DNA from: Patescibacteria group bacterium
GTDB lineage: Bacteria > Patescibacteriota > Minisyncoccia > JACQLN01
Length of the DNA: 64,000 nucleotides
Direction: 5' to 3'
Assembly: GCA_038065095.1 (NCBI GenBank)
Contig: JBBTRR010000006.1
Span: 84,713 to 148,712, forward strand
The notes under the pieces are model-generated. The model saw nothing but the letters and a program-made list of their open reading frames with translations. It was not told where the DNA came from and ran no database searches. Shown here in pieces: positions 29,401-35,759 of the stretch. The position numbers and the translations under genes were made by a program. How positions within the stretch are numbered: position 1 is the stretch's first letter; each line of letters begins with the position of its first letter.

Positions 29401-32400
29401 TGACTTCCAATGTAGAGGTGGCAATGAGAGAAGAGGAGGTGGAGGTGGCTTGGGTGTAGAGAGAATCAAAGTTTCCAGAACCGTTCACATCCAGGAGATT
29501 ACCGGGCGTTGTCGTCCCGATGCCGACGTTGCCGTTAGGATCAAAAGTCAGTCTGGCGTTTCCTCCTATAGGGTCTCCTCCTTTAGTAGTGCTTTGATAT
29601 ATAATAAAATCCCCATATTGCTGATAACTCATAGCGAAACCATAATTTCTCACAGCAGCAGTTGTGTCACTGCTTTTCATTCTAAATGTTGGAGAAATAC
29701 CAGTTGATAAACCACTAATAGTTAACCCTTTTGTATTGGTTCCAGTTGCGACTTCAAGAGTATCTGCTGGTGCCGTCGTGCCGATGCCGACGTTGCCGCC
29801 AGAACTTATACGCATAGCTTCAGCAGTGCTGGCTCCGTTTGCTCTAGTAGCAAAAGCCAAATATCCAGCATAATTGTTATCTGTACCGTTTTCTTTAGCT
29901 CCTAATATATAGGCAAAAGGAGTATCTGTTGTTCCGGTATACTTACCTCCAAAAATGATTTTACCACCACTATCAATATGCATTGATCCATCCTCCTGAA
30001 TAGATAATTGTCCAGTAAAAGGATTGTTTGAATTCCCGCTATATGAAGGACCAGTAATTTCTAATACAGTTGCTCTAACTGTAGATGGCGTGGATGTACC
30101 GACCTGTAAAAGCGTCCCCGGGTCCGTCGTCCCGATGCCGAGATTACCGTTAGAATCTATTCTCATTCTTTCAGTCCAGCTGGTCAGCCGATCGTTGGCG
30201 CTGCCAAAGGAGAGACTGCCGTCAGTGGAAGAGGCATACCAGTGTTTTAGATCAGCGGCGGCATCAGTGTCAGACAGCATTAGTTGGGCAGAGCCAGTGG
30301 AAGCAAGTTGCAATAATTTAGCGGGAGTGGTGGTGCCAAGGCCCACATTGCCCGATATTATGACATTGCCGTCAGCCACTGTGGTGGTGTCGTAAGAACT
30401 GCCCACAGCTAACCCGCCCGAGACTGAAAGTTTGGCTCCAGGTGAAATCTCGCCTATGCCGACATTGCCTTCGGTAACTGCAAGGTAGGTGTTGCCATAG
30501 ACGCTTAGGTAGCCAGATGGGTTATACATACCAATGCCAACAGAGCCTCCGTTGGTTACTACAAAGTTGTATGTGCCTACAGAGTTAACTACGCTTAATA
30601 AATCCTTTGTTGAGTTTGAATTGTCGTTAGATATGGTGAGCGTGCTTGATGGAGTTGAACTTCCCATGCCAACCCTGCCATTCCATGTAACCAAATCATT
30701 ACCCGTAGTTCCCCTAACCTCTAACGTGCTTGTTGCAATTAGTGATGATGTTGTAGTTGTACCCATTGCGTAGAAATTATCTACCGATGCATCACCATCT
30801 ACTGCGAGTTTAGTACCTGGGGTGGTTGTGCCAATGCCGAAGTTGCCGAATATCCAAGAATTGTTGGTGCTGGTTGAAGTGAAGTAGTCGGCTGATACGA
30901 AGCCGTCAAATATGCCTGCGCCTTGGACTGCGAGTCTGGCGCCTGGAGTTGTTGTTCCAAGTCCAATCGCTCCGTTAAAGAAAGAAGCCGTGGTTGATGT
31001 GCTTGTTAGGAAAGCAGTTTTGAGTTGCCCTTCTACAGTAAGCTCTCCAATGTTGGCATTGCCGTGGACAGAGAGGAGGCTTCCTGGAGTGGATGTTCCA
31101 AATCCAACTTTATCTTTGAATACTGCAAATACATTTCCACCAGTGTAAGCCGAGCTTCGGACTTCTAAGGTGGAGGTGGCGATGAGAGATGATGTAGTTG
31201 TAGTAGCTTGGATGTATTGATTACCTTTAATCGTGGAATCTCCTTCAACTGCAAATCTAGTGCCGGGAGTGGTGGTGCCAATTCCCATTGATCCCATTAT
31301 CCAACTTGTTAGAGATGATGTGGATGTGAAGTAATTAGCCGAGACGAAGCCATCAAATATGCCTGCGCCTTGGACTGCGAGTTTAGCACCGGGAGTAGTG
31401 GTTCCAAATCCAACACTTCCTGTAAAAGATGAATTAGCTAAAGATGTAAGAGTGAGTTTGCCACTTGATAAAATGTCTCCCCCCGTAATGGTGAGCCCCA
31501 TTGAACTCGCCAAACCAGCAGCTTCAATACCTCCATCAGCTGTTGTTGTGGCGTTGTTTTTAAATTTTAAAGTCCCGGTGAATATTGAATTGCCTTCCAC
31601 CACCAAATTGTTTTGTATGTTGGCGTCGCCGTGGACAGACAGAAGTGTGCCGGGAGTATCTGTGGCTATGCCAACTCTGCCATCCCACACCATAAAATCT
31701 TTGCCTGATTGTCCGCGAACTTCTAGTGTGGATGTGGCGATGAGAGATGAGGTTGTTGTAGTGGCTTGAATATATAAACCTCCTTTGAATGAACCGCTAC
31801 CCTTTGCGTCAAATGCGACTCCAGGTGTGGTTGTGCCAATGCCGAAGTTGCCGAATATCCAGCTGGAGTTTGTGGATGTGCTGGTGAAATAGTCGGCTGA
31901 TACGAATCCTTCTATAATAGAAGCACCTTTTACTGCGAGTTTAGAGCCAGGCGTAGTAGTGCCCAAACCCAAAGCCCCATTGAACCAGTTAGTGTTAGTG
32001 CTGGTTGATGTGAAGTAATCAGCGCTGACAAATCCTTCCGATAATACCCCCCCTTTGATTCCCATTTGTGCCCCCGGGGTTGTGCTTCCAATTCCCATTT
32101 GACCCATTATCCAACTTGTTAGAGATGATGTAGATGTAAAGTAATTAGCACTGACGAAACCGTCAAATATTCCTGAACCTTTAACACCTAGGGCTGATCC
32201 GGGTGTTGATGTGCCCAGACCCAGATTAAGGCCAAACGATGTGGCGCCCGAGATAGTTAAGTCTCCAGTAATGGTGGTGTTGCCTGTTATGGATGTTGTG
32301 CCTGTGATGTTAGAAGCTCCTATTACTGATAGGCCATTTGATAGGATTGATATTCCTCTGCCAAATTTAGCTTCGTATGCTGTAACTTCGAATGGGCCTT

Positions 32401-33712
32401 TGAATGTGCTTGATGCGTTTACTGTCATTTTGTCAGAACCTGAATCACCTAGAGAGATTTCTTTGCCTGCCACAGAGAAATTACCAGATATTCCGAGGTC
32501 ACTCATACTGGCTCCTCCTGTAACACCAAGAGAATTAAGTTGAGTGTTGCCACTTACTGTGAGGCCACCTTCTTTTATTTGTGCACGTTGGGCAGCGATA
32601 AAACCTGTAGCGTCTAAATCGCCTTTTAACGTGAGCCGGCCGATGATAGATGAATTGCCAATAACGTCTAGGCCGTTAGATATTACAGCTTTGCCGTTTA
32701 CAAAAAGATCTTTGGCCAGCGAAACATAATCGGTAAACTGGGCAGTGCCATTTATTAACGCGGTGCCATCTAGCACTAAAGATTTTAAAATTTCCGCGCC
32801 GCCGCCCAATGTTATTTTATTTGAAGTTACTGCACCATTGCCGGTTATCAACTGCAAATCAAAACTGCCGGCAGTTAAACCGTCCAAAAAATCAGCCGAT
32901 AAATTAGGCACAGTTGTATTAGAATCAACTTCAAATGGTGCAACACCTTGTGGTGCAAAACTTCTTAACTGTCCTTGAGTTTCTATATTGCCAGCAATAG
33001 AAATATCACCGCCTTTATTTAAAAGCAAAACTTCGTTAGCGTGTGTACCTGGTGCGTGGCCATCTAAAGTTAAAGCGTTATCAACTAAATTTTTAAAAGC
33101 GCCATAAATAGCATTCGCAAATTTTAAATTAAAACCACCCAAAATAAAACCTAAAACTAAAATACTAACAATGGACATCTCGGCCCATTGCACCGCACCT
33201 CGGCCATAAGATTTAGCTTTAGAAGTTAGAGGTTGGAAAGTAGGGACTGAGGGTTTTAAATTAGGAAAAGCAAAACTTGGAACTAATTTTTCTTCGTTTG
33301 AAATTTGAAAATTTGAACTTTGTAATTTATTTGTAATTTGTGAATTGGAATTTGTAATTTTCTGCTGATATATTTCTTCCAACTCATCCAATTCTTTTTT
33401 AACATCTACAACCAAATTTTCTTCAACCCTTTTCACCTCTTTTGTTTCACCCCTTTCTCCCATTTCTGGCATACTGGCCAATGTAACCAAAGGGGCGAAA
33501 TGGGAAACAACGGGAGAAATATTTTGTTGAGGTAAAATAATTTGCTGATGACTCTGTAAATATTCCACCAAAGCACTTTTTGAAATTGCCCAATTACGCC
33601 CAAACTTTTTTCCAGCGATTCTACTTTTTCTAACAAGCAAACTCAAATACTCCGCGCTATACGGAGTCTCTTTTGCAATTTGGCTTATTAAAATAAAATC
33701 GTTTTTTTTCAT
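26462..33712 (-). CDS. Giant (2416 aa) repetitive cell-envelope/fibre-like protein: HTH-like N-term, TM anchor, GIGTTTPG beta-helix-like repeats, S74 intramolecular-chaperone domain, C-terminal intein N-half (Int-N)
   Basis: N-term FILISQIAKETPYSAEYLSLLVRKSRIAG (HTH-like), TM WAEMSIVSILVLGFILGGF; dozens of GxGTTTPG repeats; CSSDVRLKKNIEDINYGLATVMDLRPVLYNW...LGFIAQEVEALIP = peptidase S74/endosialidase chaperone signature; terminal CVTGDTRL...VAIKDILAGDEVMSLDE...TTANHPYL = intein blocks A/B. Confidence 0.8.
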   Translation of the reverse strand: MKKNDFILISQIAKETPYSAEYLSLLVRKSRIAGKKFGRNWAISKSALVEYLQSHQQIILPQQNISPVVSHFAPLVTLASMPEMGERGETKEVKRVEENLVVDVKKELDELEEIYQQKITNSNSQITNKLQSSNFQISNEEKLVPSFAFPNLKPSVPTFQPLTSKAKSYGRGAVQWAEMSIVSILVLGFILGGFNLKFANAIYGAFKNLVDNALTLDGHAPGTHANEVLLLNKGGDISIAGNIETQGQLRSFAPQGVAPFEVDSNTTVPNLSADFLDGLTAGSFDLQLITGNGAVTSNKITLGGGAEILKSLVLDGTALINGTAQFTDYVSLAKDLFVNGKAVISNGLDVIGNSSIIGRLTLKGDLDATGFIAAQRAQIKEGGLTVSGNTQLNSLGVTGGASMSDLGISGNFSVAGKEISLGDSGSDKMTVNASSTFKGPFEVTAYEAKFGRGISILSNGLSVIGASNITGTTSITGNTTITGDLTISGATSFGLNLGLGTSTPGSALGVKGSGIFDGFVSANYFTSTSSLTSWIMGQMGIGSTTPGAQMGIKGGVLSEGFVSADYFTSTSTNTNWFNGALGLGTTTPGSKLAVKGASIIEGFVSADYFTSTSTNSSWIFGNFGIGTTTPGVAFDAKGSGSFKGGLYIQATTTTSSLIATSTLEVRGQSGKDFMVWDGRVGIATDTPGTLLSVHGDANIQNNLVVEGNSIFTGTLKFKNNATTTADGGIEAAGLASSMGLTITGGDILSSGKLTLTSLANSSFTGSVGFGTTTPGAKLAVQGAGIFDGFVSANYFTSTSSLTSWIMGSMGIGTTTPGTRFAVEGDSTIKGNQYIQATTTTSSLIATSTLEVRSSAYTGGNVFAVFKDKVGFGTSTPGSLLSVHGNANIGELTVEGQLKTAFLTSTSTTASFFNGAIGLGTTTPGARLAVQGAGIFDGFVSADYFTSTSTNNSWIFGNFGIGTTTPGTKLAVDGDASVDNFYAMGTTTTSSLIATSTLEVRGTTGNDLVTWNGRVGMGSSTPSSTLTISNDNSNSTKDLLSVVNSVGTYNFVVTNGGSVGIGMYNPSGYLSVYGNTYLAVTEGNVGIGEISPGAKLSVSGGLAVGSSYDTTTVADGNVIISGNVGLGTTTPAKLLQLASTGSAQLMLSDTDAAADLKHWYASSTDGSLSFGSANDRLTSWTERMRIDSNGNLGIGTTDPGTLLQVGTSTPSTVRATVLEITGPSYSGNSNNPFTGQLSIQEDGSMHIDSGGKIIFGGKYTGTTDTPFAYILGAKENGTDNNYAGYLAFATRANGASTAEAMRISSGGNVGIGTTAPADTLEVATGTNTKGLTISGLSTGISPTFRMKSSDTTAAVRNYGFAMSYQQYGDFIIYQSTTKGGDPIGGNARLTFDPNGNVGIGTTTPGNLLDVNGSGNFDSLYTQATSTSSSLIATSTLEVRSSAYTGGNVLAVFKEKVGFGTSTPGSLLSVQGNANIGELTVEGQTKISFLTATSTTNNTFAGALDVTESATSTFTGGINILTTGGLSSATGLTITGGDILSSGKLTLTGASTSTAPQLNVSTILTTPTLEVSTILKNSGTATSTFAGGGIFATGGLSANALNVTGDSLFSGKLTSASSATSTLPNLNASTIFSTPILNVSTIIKNSGTATSTFDGGLSLGTGGLNITSGGLYVDVGDATFDQKLVVNGNVGIGTTTPGNLLDVNGSGNFDSLYTQATSTSSSLIATSTLEVRSSAYTGGNVLAVFKEKVGFGTSTPGSLLSVQGNANIGELTVEGQTKISFLTATSTTNNTFAGALDVTESATSTFTGGINILTTGGLSSATGLTITGGDILSSGKLTLTGASTSTAPQLNVSTILTTPTLEVSTILKNSGTATSTFAGGGIFATGGLSANALNVTGDSLFSGKLTSASSATSTLPNLNASTIFSTPILNVSTIIKNSGTATSTFDGGLSLGTGGLNITSGGLYVDVGDATFDQKLVVNGNVGIGTTTPGNLLAVDGNVTMDGLYAMGTTTTSSLIATSTLEVRGASGSTLWVEDGSVGIGTTGPGNQLHIYGATDAQGITIERSGLGASILQLKGSRNNADEDLGTIRFYNGANLIAKIEANQPSVADADSGVFRFLTYKDGVQNAAMRIDQNGNVGIGTTNPGAPLEVKGTGTGVTIAKFTDVNTTGCTLATGGTIACSSDVRLKKNIEDINYGLATVMDLRPVLYNWNYENDGTTKSLGFIAQEVEALIPKLIATDADGMKSLNTTGLVPILVKGIQNINNVLNVTNAPAAAPSMVVDATGNITLGNASLGGNVNIVAQCVTGDTRLRRRRKHPKEKGQTLKPKFPRSDLEGEFEYDEVAIKDILAGDEVMSLDEKTGCVKYARVNGLMDMGVQEVFELVTKSGRKIRTTANHPYLVKLVFLSRGDFAEIVSDNS
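26720..26760. repeat. Paired palindrome aaggtcagacctt-N15-aaggtctgacctt lying in-frame inside the Int-N coding sequence
   Basis: Encodes EKGQTLKPKFPRSDLEGEF loop inserted between intein block A (CVTGDTRL) and VAIKDI. Confidence 0.65.
27748..29499. repeat. Exact tandem duplication, 2 x 876 bp, inside the giant CDS
   Basis: Sequences 27748-28623 and 28624-29499 are identical (ORF-track duplicates 27843..28175 = 28719..29051 etc.); third diverged copy follows. Confidence 0.9.
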
Positions 33713-33717
33713 GAAAA

Positions 33718-33752
33718 AACCCTGCTTCCGCTTTCGCAGAAACAGGGTGCTT
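33718..33752 (-). promoter_or_regulatory. Stable hairpin + T-run abutting the giant gene start codon (attenuator/terminator-like)
   Basis: Minus strand: ccctgtttctgcgaaagcggaagcaggg tttttt c ATG; no SD between hairpin and ATG. Confidence 0.4.
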
Positions 33753-33907
33753 AGTTAAAGGCATATCCGATACCTCTATCGGATATATCCAGTATATCAT
33801 ATATATCGTATATCAATAGGCTAAATGGGGATAAGTTACACCTCAAAACCTTAAGCTTTAAATCCTCTTTCAAGCCCATTTGTTACCCTTTTTATTTCAA
33901 ATTCCAA

Positions 33908-33945
33908 AAGGTCAGACCTTGGGGCTGCTCTTAAGGTCAGACCTT
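33908..33945. repeat. Paired palindrome aaggtcagacctt-N12-aaggtcagacctt in giant-gene/MerR divergent promoter region
   Basis: Two perfect copies of the 13-bp palindrome. Confidence 0.7.
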
Positions 33946-34087
33946 AAGATTTAAAATTTTACATTTTAATTTTTTAATTTTTATTTTAATCCCCTGTGGT
34001 GGATAACCTCTATTGTTGCTTCTAAGTTTAAATACTAAACTATAGATACATTGATATAAAAAGTTTAGTAAACATTAATATACATAT

Positions 34088-34312
34088 ATGTCTTTTGGTA
34101 GAAAATATCTAAGCATTAAACAAGCCGCCGCGGTTATTGGCGTAACCCCGCTAACTTTGCGCAACTGGGACAGGGACGGCAAACTTAGCCCATATCGCAA
34201 TCCTATAAACAATTACCGCTATTATCGTGTAGATCAAATAGAAGCATTCTTGCGAGCTATGGAAGGCTCTAGAGAAAAAGGAAATAGAAAAATAAGGTTT
34301 ATGGACATCTAA
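34088..34312 (+). CDS. MerR/excisionase-type HTH DNA-binding protein (74 aa), divergent from giant gene
   Basis: LSIKQAAAVIGVTPLTLRNWDRDGKLSPYR...YRYY matches MerR-type HTH (HTH_17) pattern. Confidence 0.6.
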   Translation: MSFGRKYLSIKQAAAVIGVTPLTLRNWDRDGKLSPYRNPINNYRYYRVDQIEAFLRAMEGSREKGNRKIRFMDI

Positions 34313-34401
34313 CAAAATTCCCCTCTCTCACACAACGGAGGGGAATTTTAATTTACAAAACACAACTTACAAATTACAAACAATTTATAAACAAACAAAA
34401 A

Positions 34402-34749
34402 CTAACTAACTTTATTTAATATCGCAGAAAATATATTTCTTAACTCTATACTCTCTTGAAATAAATTTTGAATTGCTTCTGAATAATCTTTGTTTGATTC
34501 CTCTAGTAACTCTAACCAGTATGATGTTTCTTTAGATTCTTTTCTAGCAATTTTTATTTTATATGCTAAATCTTTTTTACTTAGCTTTTCATTAGCTTCC
34601 CTATAGTTAGCTCCTACTGAACCTGCAGAACGAACACATTGTCTAACGAGTTCATTGTTTATAGAATTTTTTGGTAATTTTTGACAAAGCTTAATTACTT
34701 CTCTTGTGAATTCTAAAGTTCTTTGTTCTAAATCGCGAAATTTTTTCAT
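34402..34749 (-). CDS. Four-helix-bundle protein (TIGR02436 / Avd-like family)
   Basis: MKKFRDLEQRTLEFTREVIKLCQKLP...VRQCVRSAGSVGANYREA...KDLAYKIKIARKESKETSYWLELL; ORF-track start at 34836 overlaps tRNA so internal Met at 34749 used. Confidence 0.6.
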   Translation of the reverse strand: MKKFRDLEQRTLEFTREVIKLCQKLPKNSINNELVRQCVRSAGSVGANYREANEKLSKKDLAYKIKIARKESKETSYWLELLEESNKDYSEAIQNLFQESIELRNIFSAILNKVS

Positions 34750-34800
34750 AACCCTTTTTGTGTTTTGTTTGTAATTTGTTTTTTGTGCTTTGAATATTTG

Positions 34801-34984
34801 TGGACGGTACAGGATTTGAACCTGTGACCTTTGCAACTTGCCCCGTTAGATATTTTTGTGCGCGATGCAGGATTTGAACCTGCGACCTTTGCAATGTGAA
34901 TGCACTGCTCTACCACTGAGCTAATCGCGCATGATATCTAACGGGGTGAAAATGCAGCGTTCTACCATTGAACTAATCGCCCTC
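34801..34984 (-). other. Interrupted tRNA-Val-like gene: 5' half (34948-34984) and 3' half (34801-34840) separated by a CCCCGTTAGA-TIR element (34841-34947, copy C) that carries the intact tRNA-Val
   Basis: 5' half GGGCGATTAGTTCAATGGTAGAACGCTGCATTTTCAC and 3' half CAAGTTGCAAAGGTCACAGGTTCAAATCCTGTACCGTCCA are ~85% identical to the corresponding halves of the nested tRNA-Val; element termini ccccgttagatat / atatctaacgggg. Confidence 0.55.
34859..34930 (-). tRNA. tRNA-Val (anticodon CAC), nested inside a palindromic element
   Basis: GCGCGATTAGCTCAGTGGTAGAGCAGTGCATTCACATTGCAAAGGTCGCAGGTTCAAATCCTGCATCGCGCA; clean cloverleaf, anticodon loop tTCACAt. Confidence 0.75.
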
Positions 34985-34999
34985 CTATTTTTCTGCCTT

Positions 35000-35485
35000 C
35001 TAAATTCTAGCCACTAACTTACCTATTTTATCTATAACTTTTCTATGAGGATATTCTAATATATCGTGAACAAATCTGTCGAACATTCCATAACGATATT
35101 TAAATTCATCTGTACCTAAAATTACATATCGCAATTCTGTGCCAAGTTCTTCTTCTACTGTTTTTATAAAACTAATAAATTTTTTAAAATCTATATCGTC
35201 CCCTACCACCATAATATCTGCTCGCGCATCGGATATATTTAAAAATGTGCCGGTGATTATAGCTAATTTTATTTTACCAATTCTAACAAGCCCGCGCTCT
35301 ATTTTGGGAAAAGATGGCGGAGATATTTTTAAAACTAAATTTTTAAGATCGTCTAAATATGGCCAGCCTTGATTAAGCTGATAATATTTTTCTGCATGAT
35401 TAATATTCCTCTTTAGAGTTTTGGATTTATTTTTCTTCTTTGCAGAAATTTTCTTACTTGCTTTTCTTATGTGTTTTTTTACCAT
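35000..35485 (-). CDS. Hypothetical protein (161 aa), Lys-rich N-terminus
   Basis: ORF only; overlaps upstream wHTH-like ORF by 32 nt suggesting operon. Confidence 0.35.
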   Translation of the reverse strand: MVKKHIRKASKKISAKKKNKSKTLKRNINHAEKYYQLNQGWPYLDDLKNLVLKISPPSFPKIERGLVRIGKIKLAIITGTFLNISDARADIMVVGDDIDFKKFISFIKTVEEELGTELRYVILGTDEFKYRYGMFDRFVHDILEYPHRKVIDKIGKLVARI

Positions 35486-35723
35486 TGCCGTTTATTTTTT
35501 TTAATATGCCCGATTTAGTAAAAAACAAAATAAGTTTTTCTGCTTCTCTTTTTTTGATGCCTGTTCTTTTCACAATATCTTTCATTGAAAGAATAAGCTG
35601 CGGATGCTGTAAAAAAAGCTTTAAAAGCTTAGCCTTTACACCAAATAACTGCTCTAGAATGTTATTACTATTTAATGCCATTTTGATTTTTAATTGTGTA
35701 TAGTATAGCAACATAGGTGGCAT
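35454..35723 (-). CDS. Small winged-helix-like DNA-binding protein (89 aa), hypothetical
   Basis: LKLFLQHPQLILSMKDIVKRTGIKKREAEKLILFFTKSGILKK resembles wHTH regulators. Confidence 0.35.
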   Translation of the reverse strand: MPPMLLYYTQLKIKMALNSNNILEQLFGVKAKLLKLFLQHPQLILSMKDIVKRTGIKKREAEKLILFFTKSGILKKINGNGKKTHKKSK

Positions 35724-35759
35724 TGTAAAGTTAAGTAAAATACGCCTATAATACTTTAT

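Noticed and set aside
27141-32978. Numerous plus-strand ORFs overlapping the giant gene (e.g. 27843..28175 identical to 28719..29051)
   Set aside because: They are antisense artefacts of a long repetitive CDS. The identical pairs simply reflect the 876-bp tandem DNA duplication.
20700-34749. Diversity-generating retroelement (three Avd-like four-helix-bundle genes near large surface proteins)
   Set aside because: No reverse transcriptase gene and no template/variable repeat pair with A-specific mismatches could be found by eye. The four-helix-bundle genes may instead belong to mobile cassettes or IVS-type elements.
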